Below, one piece after another: positions 23,465 through 35,280 of a stretch of DNA of 64,000 bases; the stretch's first letter is position 1; each line of letters opens with the position of its first letter. A program made the translations under genes and the position numbers. The DNA is taken from assembly GCA_028534125.1 (NCBI GenBank), contig CM052816.1:47556001-47620000 (forward strand). Reading direction: 5' to 3'. The stretch comes from Lama glama (taxonomy: Eukaryota). The notes beneath the pieces are model-generated. The model was not told where the DNA came from and did no database searches. It worked only from the letters and a program-made list of their open reading frames with translations.

Positions 23465-25483
23465 AGTATCAGTTATCTACTGTGGTCCTGAAGGGATCGA
23501 CCTATGTATCTATCTATCTGAAGCAGGTGTGGAAATAAAACTAAAAAAAATTTAAAAGAACAAAAAAGGATTTGAAAACAGAGTATAATCAATAACAGAA
23601 CAAAACAAAAATAAATAAAGATAAAATTGAGACAAATTTTTTAAAAATTTTAAAAAATTTAAAAAAAATTTAAGAAAATGTTTAAAGGGATTTTAAAATT
23701 TTTAAAAATTAAAAAAGAAAAGAAAAAAAGTGGATGTGCTCCCATGGAGACTGTGTGCTTTTAATAATTTTGTGGATAGGTCCTTCTTAAGTATGGGTGG
23801 TTGCCAAGTCACCCTTCCATGCCTTTCGTCTGTTATCCCTTTGATTGAGGGAGTGGTCGGTGTTGTGGTGGCCAGAGCCTGCCCTGGCTACTGAGTGGGG
23901 CCTCGTTTCTGTTCTGTGGTTCTCACCGTTTCTGCCCTTGCCCTGCCGCGCAAACTCTGCTCGCCGGTCCCAGAGGCCCCTGGTCACGCCCCCAGTCTGT
24001 GCCGCTCCCAGTGCCGGTAGGCGGGGGTGGGGTGGGGGTGGGAGCATTGCGCCTCCTCCCAGCTGTGCGACCCAGCGCGCGCTCCTAAGGCAGGCAGGAG
24101 GGTCGCGCCGCCTAACAACGCCGCGTTCCGGCGCCGTGCTCGTGCACGGCAGGCAGGCGAGTGGTGACCCCTAACAACGCTGCATCCAGGCGCCAGCCTC
24201 GAGCTCGGTAGGCGGGCAGTCGCACCCGCTAAGAGGGCTGCATCCGGGGCCAAGCTCACGGTAGGTGGGTGGGTCACCCCACTTCAGTGCTGCTCCCCGC
24301 GCCGCGTGGGGTCCATATTGGGTAGGCGGCCTGGGCTCAGAGAGAGAGTGGCCCACTAGCCCTCACCCGGGCTCAGTGTCAAGAACTCCACTCCTCGTTT
24401 GTTTGTCTTAGTGGCACAAGTTTACAGAGGCACAGGGCAGAATGGTCCCCGCTGCCTGGGGCTGTAAACAAATCTCAGTCCCGCCTAGGAGGTTGCAGAG
24501 CCCCTAGGTATGGATTCAGGATTCAGCCTCACCTCTGCCTGGGAGCCGCGCAGAGGAGAACATGGTGGCCGTGGCGGAGCCCCGCCTCTCTTCTCCCCAA
24601 AACGCGCCAGTAATGGTGCTGTGGGTCTGTGGAGACAAAGGCCGTGGTGTCCCTCCCCACAGGGCACACCAGCAATGTTGCTTTGCTTTTTTTTTTTTTT
24701 TTTATTTTATGGAGACCCAGGCTGTTCTGACCTATATACCCTCCCAGCCATGGCACACAGAACACTGCAGGCCCTGAAGTGGCCTCTGTACAGTTGGCCG
24801 AGTCCTCTGCCCGGCTCGGGCAGCCTGTCCCCTACCTGCCGGTTCGTGTCTAGGACTTAGGGTCACAGGCACCTTCATGCCCATTTAACTTAGTTCTGTC
24901 AGTCAAGGGCTATTCTGTACAGATCCGAGCCTCTGAGGTTCCCCCTCCATCCCTCTGGCCTCTCGGTTGGAGAGGGGGAGGCCCAGCGAACGAGCCGCTC
25001 CCTCCCTGTGGGACTGGTCACTCACTGTTTTGCTTTTTCTTCTTTCTTTTTTTCTTTTCTCCTACAAGACTTGTGGTGAGTTTTGGCTTTTGAAGAAGGC
25101 AATATTCAGTCAGAGTTCAGGAGGTGTTCTGATTGGGTGGGTGGGTCCGTGGACGTCACTCTTGGTGTATTCCTGGGAGAGGGTGAGCTACCAGCATCCT
25201 TCTCCACCATCTTGGCTCTTCCTTGAAAATTTTAATTAGTTGAAAATTTTCAATATTAGAAATAATGCTCTGGGAACACTTATGTTTGTAAATCTTGTTC
25301 TGTTTACTTATAATTTCCGTGACATAAATTCTCAGAAGTCTGACTTCTGAGAATCTCTGTTGTTGCTACTGTCGTGAACTTTTAAATAAGTTCTTCAGAA
25401 GTATTGCCAGAAGACTTGTAGAGGTGGGGACGGGAGGATTCCGTCAAGTAGAGGCCTTGAGATGCCCTCATGCCTTTATTCAC

Positions 25484-25556
25484 CTCTAGCTGATTACTTT
25501 CAAGCAAATGCTTAAGTGGACTTCCAGAGTACATTCTTTTGTTAATTAAAATATCC
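25484..25556 (-). pseudogene. Exon-like segment DILINKRMYSGSPLKHLLESNQLE, 73 nt
   Basis: Acceptor catttcctcaccattttgcaag; donor GAG|gtgaat; open; phase 2-0; upstream intron only 42 nt. Confidence 0.5.
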
Positions 25557-25598
25557 CTTGCAAAATGGTGAGGAAATGACTGAACAAAAAATACTTAC

Positions 25599-25676
25599 AA
25601 TTCATACACAAGAAAATGGCAGAGCTGAAATTTCTCCTACTTCTAGTAGAAGCTTTTTGTCAGCTGTATTACAAGG
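25599..25676 (-). pseudogene. Exon-like segment LVIQLTKSFY*K*EKFQLCHFLVYE, 78 nt
   Basis: Acceptor ccccttccttcttcacctgactatatcctcttcag; donor TT|gtaagt. Confidence 0.55.
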
Positions 25677-27332
25677 CTGAAGAGGATATAGTCAGGTGAA
25701 GAAGGAAGGGGGTAAAAATGGATACTCAAAAGATGAGTACCAAAATAAAGATTTACCTCCATTATCATAAACAGCTAACGTTTTCCTGAAATGTACATTT
25801 TTCCTTAAAATAGCCAATGATCGTGGAAGATATATATGAATATAAATAAATATTTCTACATTGAATTTATATTTTTGAAATTTTGTAATTAATGAAGTGC
25901 ATAGTCAAAAGCACAGAGAGCAGTTTTTATTTAATGAAGTACTTTATATTACTGGTTCTATTTTTAAGATAGTAATTCCTTTCAAAAAATTAAAAGCTTC
26001 CAATGACCTCAAAATAATTACTTTCTCAAAAAATCTGAATCCTAAGTCCACAATACATGTTCAGTACATACGTGTTAAAGTGAGCTGATATTTAATACGG
26101 CCAATACAGGCAATATGTATTTCCATTCATCTACATTATTGACAGCTTCATCATTTTTTTCTTATTGTACTTCAGGTTCGCAGAATTGGATTAATCATAA
26201 CCTGTAGTTCATAATGTGCTCTCATGATCAGTCTGTACATGACCCATGTTTTAGTTATTATTTAATTAGTTATTTTAAATATTATAATAAACACTTATGA
26301 GCCTAACCACCCAAAACAAAAGCTAGAAACTTGCCAATAACCTTGTGTATGATTTTGTCCCACAAACCATTCCTTTGCTACCAGATGGTTTCATTTTTTT
26401 TAAAAAATATTTTGTTTCATAAGAAATGTGTCCATGTTTTCCAAAAATTTTGAAAAGCACTTTCTAATCTTCATATTAGTTTTCAAATGAATATTTTGAT
26501 TGCTTCAAATTGAAATGGTAAAGTATTTTTCTGTTCTAGAACCTAATCTAATGTCATATTTGAAATCCAATTCAAGTAAATAGTTATGAAAATATTGAGC
26601 AGGTTTTTGTGGCTTTGTAATGCAAACATATCTAAATGATATGTCCTTTCAGATCTAGCAAATATAAAATTGCCATGAATCTTCTCATTGGATCTAAGGC
26701 AGTAAATGTCAAAAAGGGCTTATAACAATAGTAGGCTTGTTTTAATTAAGTTCAGTAAATATGTATTAACACCTGCCAAGTAGGAGGGACAGAGTTTGGT
26801 ATTGGTAGTAATGATGGTGGTGACTCATAATGGCTAGGATAATGGTTTCTCCCCAAGGAGTTTTAATTCTAAGGAAGAGTCTAGAAGCAGAACCGTACCC
26901 ATAGGGAAACTCACCACAGGGGAGAGGTAGCAGATTAAATCAGTGGGAAAGGACGAGTTATTCAGTATATGGTTTAGGGATAACTGATAATTATTATTAA
27001 ATAATAATTGGGCTTGTTACTTAATAATAAAAATTATTGGGATAATGTTATATGTAAAAGATAAAATTGCATCTGTGTCACTCACCAATTTAAAAAATTC
27101 TAATACAAGAGAGACATGACAAAAAATGTGATTCAAGATAAAATGTCACAAATTCTAAAAATTAAGTAAAAGCAAAGTTAAGGAAAGCAATGGTAATTGT
27201 GAACTGCGGATGGTGCTAGTGTTCAAGGAAACTGACATCCGAGGTGGGCTTCAAGGCTGAGTGAGATTGAAGTAGGACTGAGAGCCAGAAGTAGAAATAC
27301 GGGAGGAATTGTTTGAAAAGTTTATTTTCAAG

Positions 27333-27434
27333 CAAGGTGACTGGTTCATCCTGCTTTGCTTGGTACTTTCCCATGTGAGCACTGAAAGCCCCATGTCATG
27401 GGAAAAGAGCAAATTAAGACAGTTGGTCACCTTG
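27333..27434. mobile_element. Small hAT element (MER81-like)
   Basis: Terminal inverted repeats caaggtgac / gtcaccttg; internal agcactgaaagcccc. Confidence 0.8.
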
Positions 27435-28399
27435 AGAACAAAGCCATACCTTCCCTACCACTCCTCCCAATTTCCTAAACAAAGAAACACATGTAGTCCC
27501 ATGACCCCAGACAACAGGTGTCAGCTTTAGGGAACTGAACTCAGCTTCCCTGCCTACCCTCCACCACTTTCTGTGAGAAGGGAGGTTTAAGGTTTCAAAC
27601 TTCCTTGTGCTTCTCAGTTACCTGTAGGAGCTCTTCCCAGTAGGCCAGCTCACGCCCCCAACTCCACTGCTGAGATGTCAAATTCTGGCCTTTCTCTGAT
27701 GATCACATTCCATTCTCCCAGCTCTCTCACTACCTTATTCCTGCAGAGCCTCCTGATTATTCTTATCAATGCCTTTGGTCCCTCAACCCCCACCCCCCTC
27801 ATTCTCCCAATCCATTATCAGCCTGGTTGTTGGTTATTGAGCCTGTCCACATACTAACAACATTCTTTATGAGGTAAAGCACTTTGGAGTCAGACATCCA
27901 TCTCTTCCTGTTTTATTTTGTATCCATCTCTGTCTCGTACTATCCAGAGGAACTTAAGCAATAGAGTTAACATCTCTGAAACTGTTTTCTTAGCTAGAAA
28001 ATAAGAGATAATATTGCCTCCTATTTCATAGGATCTTTGTGGGAGTAAATGATTGTCACTCGTGAAATACTGTTTTTAAAAAAGGAGCAAGTTTCATAAT
28101 TGTATGTGCAGTATGATTACATTTTTGTGTATATAAATTGTGTTTTTATGTATGAATGTTTATAAATGCAATGAAAAAAAGAAAACCAAATTCTTAAAAA
28201 TGTTTAGCTTTCAGAAGGGGTATGACAAAGGGGAGAAATGTTAAATAAATAATCCCCACATTCTGCCTTTAAATTTTGTGAATGTTATACAATGAACTTA
28301 GGTTATTTTGAAATTAAAATATAAATAAAGTCAGTTAGAAAATGAACAAATATTAAGATTTCACAGGGGACTTGACACTTAAGTGAGTCTCCATATGTG

Positions 28400-28790
28400 G
28401 GAGATAAAAAAGGGAAGGATTTTCCAGCAGAAAGATTAGTATGAGACTTGGAGTAGACAGAGCAATGCTGACAGCACCCTGCAGAAATCCTGAATGATAA
28501 GCGAAAGGATGAACTGAGAGAGATGTGAGTGGGAGGGTCATAAGAAATAAGGTCAGGGCTAGATCTGGGTGTCCTTTGAATGCCGTACTGTGGAATTTGA
28601 ACTTTATCCTTAGAGTAATGGGAAAACATTGAGAGGTAATAAGAATGGGGAAAAATAATAGAAGCTGAATTTTAGGAAGGTTCAGTGTTGTAAATTAAAG
28701 TGGTGGGCAAGACTATAGATTTGAAAAGGGGATCAGAAACTTTTCGAATAGTCACAAAAAGAGATGATGAAGGCCTGGTTTATCAGCTGA
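28400..28790 (-). mobile_element. L2 fragment
   Basis: ggaatttgaactttatccttagagtaatgggaaaacattg; gagatgatgaaggcctgg. Confidence 0.6.
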
Positions 28791-29121
28791 GACTGAATAA
28801 TATCTTTTTTATGCTGTGACTAATATTAATAGCCAGCATTCATTGAGGTGTTTGTTTATAGCTAATGTTTATCTAGCCAAGCTTAACCTAGGTAAGAATT
28901 ATAAAAGGGTATCTCATTTATTTCTTACAACTCTATAAAGTAGGGACTAATAATATTTTTAATATATAAATCAGGAAACAGAGATTCAGAGAAGTTAAGA
29001 TACTTGCCCAAGCACAGTCAGCTGATACAGTGTGTGGCCAGAATCTGAATCCATATAGCTTGTTTCCCTGGCCACACTTTTAAATGGTATGTCATAAAGC
29101 CTACCCTTAGAGTGTCCTCGA

Positions 29122-29600
29122 TGTCAAAGAAAAATTGCACTGGACGGAATTAAACAGTCAAGGAAGACTTTATTCAAGACTATTGCAGTAGTGGAGAGAG
29201 ACTGAATTCAACCCCACTGAAACAGAAAGTGGAGGGTTCGTAAGTGCTGGGGTAAACTAGTGAAAAATACAGGAGAATGTTAGGGGGAAGGTTGGTCTGT
29301 GTGATCAGACCATCTGTGTTTGTTAATTTTTGCTTATTGAAGTTTGGCTCTTGCCTTCCCACAGAGACTGGGAGACAGACGTGCTATGTTCCTTGGTGCT
29401 TACAGAAGGGATGGCTCCCAGGCCCTTGAAAAAGACATTCCTGGGTTGTAAAACTGGCAAGAGTTTAGGGGAATATTTACATCACAAAGGGGCAGAGGAA
29501 AAAATTTATAATGGCAATTTTCTTAAGTAAAGGGAGGTCAGGTGCCTTGAGTCAGAAGAACCACTGTCACGCTGGGGTGAGCATGAAGTTCTTCATCATC
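29122..29600 (-). mobile_element. ERV1-class solo LTR (MER67-like)
   Basis: Starts tgtcaaagaaaaattgcactgg...aggaagactttattcaagactattgca; contains ccttcccacagagactgggaga. Confidence 0.75.
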
Positions 29601-30028
29601 AATTATTCTGGACAATGAGATGCAGTAAAATGCAGCATATTGGCCTTAATTCTCCTGAGGAATTCCAAAGAAGGGGCATGTAAGTCACTGATACACATAA
29701 TCCATTTAGAGTTATATTCTTACATGTATATGTTAAAAGTTAACACACCAATATACATTGCACAATGTAATCCATGTTGTCGAAGTAAAATTTTCTGTTT
29801 TGTAGACATTTTAAAATAGCAGATAGTAATGAACCAGATGTAATCACAACTAAGATAACAGACAATATTTTTTAGTATTTATAGCATGCCAGATATTAAG
29901 CTAAATTCTTTCTCATATACTCCTAAGATCAATCCTGGGAGGTACGTACAATAATTATTTCCATTTTATGGGTGAGGAAGTAGGTTCTTAGAAGGTCACA
30001 CAATTTATAAATAGTTTGAGCCTTTAAT

Positions 30029-30207
30029 AGGACTGACTACCTAACTTGTGAGACCCAGTGCATATGAAATGAAAGTATGGGACTCCTCGTTCAAAAATTA
30101 TTGAGCATCAAAAGGTAACAATAGAGCACTAAACCGAATGAAGAGCCCTTCTAATGGCAGGGTGCCGTGTGACTGCACAGGTCTTTTGCCTATGAAGCTA
30201 GCCCTGC
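30029..30207. mobile_element. hAT DNA transposon fossil (MER45A-like)
   Basis: cccagtgca...gttcaaaaattattgag...gtgactgcacaggtc...atgaagctagccctg. Confidence 0.8.
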
Positions 30208-31269
30208 CCTTAAGTAAGTGCTTTCAACCTTAGGCTATATTCCATCTCTCCTGAGTAAGTTATTAAATGTCTAAATGTGAGGTCCCTGGGATGGCCAGAG
30301 TTCTTAGGTAGTTATCAGCTGACCTTTTTTAATGCCTGGAGGAAAGAAACTTTCTCAGTCAGGATTTGGATATTTAATCCCACCTATATCACACAGCTTC
30401 TCAGTGGGGTATCAAAGTATTAAAAGACTTGAAACTTCAGAGTTTCTGTCTAAAACTAGTAAATGCTGGGAACAAAGGAGGTTCTTTAGATACAAAGGGG
30501 AACTTGCAAACAATTACTTGCCTAGGTACTATGGCTCCTTCCACAATATATTCTAACAGCAATATTACTCCGTCTGGTTAGGACTAGAGTGACATCATGC
30601 AATATTAAAATGACAAAGGATATTAGCAATACAACCAAACAAAACTTTTTTTTTCATCATTAAAGGGGAAAATATAGAATAGTACTAAGGCTACTACCAG
30701 GAGCAGAGTATATTAATACTGAATAAAAAACTTCATAATGAAGCACAGCATGGTTGAGGAACATCAAATGAAGGTACTTTCTAAAGTACAACTCCATTAT
30801 TCTTTGAGTTGCGTACTATTCCTGGAGTTTATGTGCAAAGTAACTATTATCATCACTACAGGATGCATGACTGGTGCTTAGGTCAGATTTCATTATAAAT
30901 GGCAATGACAGATGGTATTAGTTTCAGATTTATTATAAAAGAGGTTAGTTTTCATTGTGAAAGTCCATTTTGCTTTTTAGTAGAGATGGAACCAAAATGA
31001 AGCTAAACATAGACCAAATATGATATCCAATGTGAATAGAGGTAAAGGTTATAATTAAGTTAAATTATCATTGGGATAGACAAGAGGATGCTGTCAGGGT
31101 GACACATACTCACTGCCCATTGTTTGGCATTGTGTGTCATTTTTTTAAAAAGACTTATCTTCCTTCTGAATGTATTAACAAAATGTTAAGCAAATTTCTT
31201 AACTATCATTATGATCCTAGGCTTATATATAAATATTTTTCTTCAAAAACATGCAATTCTCTTATTTAC

Positions 31270-31950
31270 TTTAGGTTCTTAATAACTTTATTAAGATATA
31301 ATTGACATGTAATAAACTGCACATATTGGAAATATAGAACTTAAAATTTGAAATATGTATTTACTCATGAAGATATCAAAACCAAGAGAGCGAATATCTC
31401 TATCACTCCTCAAAATTTCCCCCTGCTCTTTGGTAATCCCTCATTTCCCCATGCCCAATCTACCTTATTGTCCAGACATCATTAATCTGCTTTCTGTCAC
31501 TAAAGATTTGTTTGTGATTTTTAAAGAACTTTATATAAATTGAGTCATATAGTGTGTACTCCTTTTATTAAGCATAATAATTTTGAGATTCATCCACGTT
31601 GTAGCATGCAGCAATAATTCATTCCTTTTAATTGCTGAGTAGTATTCTACCATATGGACATACCGTATTTACTTATCTGTTCACCTCTGGATAGACATTT
31701 GTGTTGTTTCCAGTTTTGGGATATCACAAATAAAGCTACTGTTAACATCTGCATATAAATCTCTGATGGACAGCTATATTTGTTTTTCTTGAGTAAATGG
31801 TTAGTGTGGAGTGAATGTATCATTTGATAGATGTGTACTAAACATCTTAAGAATCTACCAAACTATTTACCATAATAGGTGAAGCATTTTATATTCTGAT
31901 CAGCAGTGTAAGAGAGTTCCAGTTGCTCCACATGCTTGCCAACACTTGAA
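31270..31950 (-). mobile_element. L1 (L1MB-type) 3' fragment
   Basis: ataactttattaagatataattgacatg...ttgctgagtagtattc...gagagttccagttgctccacatgcttgccaacacttg. Confidence 0.85.
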
Positions 31951-33968
31951 GTAAATGCAGTCTGTATCTCCTGTGTAAATGCTAGTGTCTTAGTATTCAC
32001 ATCATATAGTACTTACTGACAATACAAATATAAAGCACAATTAATTTGAGGAGGTTAGAGGGCAGAGGCAAATATCAGTATTTCAGGGGCATCTTGAGAA
32101 ATCTCTCAGCTTCCTGTTAATTTTTCTTGCCATCATCAGTAGCCAGAATAAAAATGATCATCCCAATTTTTAAATAGATATTATTATAGGGATAACTACT
32201 ATTTTTTATGAATATAGACATTACAAATAAGTCCATCAGAACTACAGGTGAAAGTCTAAGAGGAAACAAATTAGAGAAAGCACAACTTCTCAGGGAATAG
32301 GACTATAGCTGGTGTGACTCTAATGCATCACCTGAGTGAGGAGTGTCTATGTGATAAGGACATTGTGTTTAGTTTAGGGTGGCAATTTTGTCTCTTAAAT
32401 GTATTTGTACTGGACTCAAAATAATCTAGTCACTAGCCAGACCAGCCAGACCAATAATTTTGGTTTAGCCTCTATCAGAGGACAGAGTGTGATTTTGTCA
32501 ATGTGTAAAGTAGGTATATGATCTCATTTCAAAACTTGCAGGAGGAAAGGGTCAGAAAATATCTGGGATATTTTACTCTTACTGGTTGATCTGAGAAATA
32601 CAGGGATTAACTCATGAGTAGCACCCTGTGGATGGTATTGACAACCCAAGGATTTCAGCCCTTACTCCTCCAGTTTTAGCCCTTACAAAGCAACTGAGGA
32701 TGAAGAATGACTGTTCAGGTGTCTCTACACAGTGGTGAAGGGGTTGCAGTCATGTTTCCTCATCTTCTCTGGGTACTGTTAACAATGGTAGATACCTACC
32801 TAACATCCCTTTTATAAGTTGAATTCAATTCCTAATTTATTGCATCATCATTATAGAATATAATCATAGACTCCTATGACCTTACAGTTGGAAGAGATTG
32901 AAATGCCTCCTGAGAAAGTCCGTTTTGCTTGGAGAATGATTAATAGATAGAAGGTACTTCCTTTTCCTGAACTAAAATTTACCTCCTAACCAGTTCCTTC
33001 AAACTAGTGGAAGATTCCCTACTGCAAAGAAGTGACCTACTGAGAGAAGAGTGTAGAAATATCATGAAAAGAATATGAGTTTGAATCATAGTTCTACCAT
33101 TTACTTTACTTTACTTTTCTTTACAAGTCCTAGATAATATTTATCTTCTTGAGTGTCTGTTTCATTGTCTTATGAAGTGGAGATAATGATAACCACATCT
33201 TAGAGTTGTTTGAATGCTAAGTGAAATTATTATAGTGTGCATCCTCTAATTGCTAACCGCTAGTTCCAACCATAAGTTACCTTGTTCTCCCCAGGGAACC
33301 TGAGAGCCTAGCTTTAGTTAGAAAGATCAGGCTTTATCTCAGCAAAAACTATTATCAGCGATGCTGTTTGACTGTGCTTCATTTTTAGAAGTTTCCTACA
33401 TTGAGATTTTTAGTGAGAACTGAGTGTTAAAGTTTGAGTGCTTCCAAATAATCTGTTATTTTATTCATTAGTTTCTTTTTAGTCTTTAATTTCTAAACTT
33501 GCAAAGAATTCCTAAATAAGAGCTAAAATGTAAAAAAAGTAGGAATTTTACATAATGCAATGTTAAATATTTTTAGCCTCCTTTTGGTTACAAAAGTCTG
33601 GCCACAATTGTTTCAGTGCATGTCTGTCCGTCTGTCTGTCTATCTATCATCAACGGATTCCCCTCTCACTGTGTTCACAAATCAGCCATATTCCAAATAG
33701 GTGTTCCCAGTGGAATCAACAATAAATACTATTAAATACTTGTCTTGTTGACTGTAGAAGAACTGAGATAAACTCATCAAACCCAGTGAGAAAATTAGTA
33801 GTGTGTTTATCTGTCTGGTGGAATGGTGCCTGTGTGTGAAATACCAGAACTCTGATTGCATGCCTACTGTCAGAATCTATTGACAACACACTTAATCACT
33901 GAATTCTCTACATCTGGGAGGCTTCACTCCTTTCCTCTGGTATTTTTTAAAATATATCTTACTCCTAC

Positions 33969-34044
33969 CTTTTGAGCCATCCACAAAGCTGTCATTTTTC
34001 TGATGTGAGCTTCTTTCTCTGAATGTCTACATTTCTGATGGTAC
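33969..34044 (-). pseudogene. Exon-like segment YHQKCRHSEKEAHIRKMTALWMAQK, 76 nt
   Basis: Acceptor cttatttttttagttattag; donor AAG|gtagga; open; phase 2-0. Confidence 0.45.
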
Positions 34045-34519
34045 CTAATAACTAAAAAAATAAGTATGCCTGGCATCCTCTTTCAACTTCACCAGTCCAG
34101 TTTTATAAATTTTTAAGTTGTCAAATGTTTTGCTGTTTTTACTATAATTAAAATTGTCAGTCACCAGGGGACAAAGGGAAAGTCTGAGGCAAAATAAAAA
34201 CAGAAGCATTCAACATTTGTGATTTAGAATCCAGATCATTTACACTGTTCACAAAATTATGATCATCATAAAAATTATCCTTTGTTTTTCTCCCTCCACA
34301 TCTTGATTAGTGACATAAGAATTATTAGCCATCAATAAGAATTCTTTACAAAGGATTCTGTGACTCCCTTTATCCTCTGGCGGGTCAACTCTTATAAGGA
34401 AAGCCGTCTTTTCTCAGGATGGGCTGAGAACATTTTATTTAATACCTCAATGTGTTAATATTGTCACTCTGGATTTCATCTGCTGTGTATGTTGACTGAA
34501 TGAAACACTATGCGCTGTA

Positions 34520-35280
34520 TTTCCTACATCAGCAAGTCCTGTCAGTTCTACCTGCTGGTTATTTTCTGAATTTGGCCCCTTTTGACACCTCACCCTTATG
34601 CCCCTAATCCAGTCTACATTATTTATCAGCTAGATTACCTTTGTCATCTGTTACTTGGTCTCCCACTTTCTCCTGAGTTTCACTCAGGCTCTCAAAAACG
34701 CTATTCTTACCCCTTTAGCCAGAGGAACAATTTAATGTGTAAATCTGATAATCATTGCCCTGATTAAAACTTTCCAGTCATTTACCATCACCCGAGGAAC
34801 AAAATACAAACTCTTACTTTTATCTCCTAAGTCCTAAGTGATGTTCTCTGCCTCCCTCGAAGTACCCCAACCCCAGAACTTTGCCTCACTCACAGAGCTC
34901 CAGCCATACTGGCCTTCTAGCTGTTTCTGGAACAAACTTAGCTCATTTCTAACTCAGGCACTGGAATCTATTTTTCCGGACCCCTGTGTTGCTGGCTTTG
35001 CTACTTTGATACCAAAAATAGCTCTTATCCCCACTGCTCTCTCGCCTTCCATTCTGCTTTAATTTCTTTCTAGAACTTTCCATTCTCATGATCTAGAATT
35101 ATATTATACATTTGCATACTTGTTTATAGTCTGCTTTCCCAATTAGAAGAGCTCTTATGTGCAGTCTTTGCCTTACTCGCTTCCATCCCACCCACCCTGC
35201 TCCTCCTCTCTACTTTAGGATAATGCCTGCTACACAGAGGGTGCCCAAGAAAGATCTGCTAAATGAAAGAATAAAAGAAC
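34520..35280 (+). mobile_element. L2 LINE 3' part
   Basis: caagtcctgtcagttctacct...ctccagccatactggcctt...aatgcctgctacacagagggtgccc...aaatgaaagaa. Confidence 0.8.

Larger units (their letters stand above)
21719..25222 (-). mobile_element. L1 with intact 5' end, GC-rich 5'UTR, partial ORF1 and ORF2 endonuclease domain only; 3'-truncated; 16-bp TSD
   Basis: 5' end gagccaagatggtggag (YY1-like site); ORF1 and ORF2 peptides in the ORF track; identical ttgaaaattttaatta at 21703-21718 and 25223-25238. Confidence 0.95.
1..34044 (-). pseudogene. Candidate decayed multi-exon gene (unitary pseudogene), helical/coiled-coil-like product, identity unknown; probably continues off the left edge
   Basis: More than 10 minus-strand segments bounded by pyrimidine tract+AG and GT donors, several joining in phase (25676-25599/25556-25484; 18503-18384/17550-17296; 1908-1696/1037-891/806-724). 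In-frame stops are present. An acceptor at 21-22 opens a further segment running off the window. Confidence 0.55.

Noticed and set aside
23780..25240. CpG island and overlapping GC-rich ORFs as a gene promoter or coding region
   Set aside because: It lies within the L1 5'UTR, bounded by the TSD; the ORFs reflect low stop frequency in GC-rich DNA.
1..34044. Assigning a gene symbol to the minus-strand relic
   Set aside because: I do not recognise the peptides with confidence; a homology search is required.
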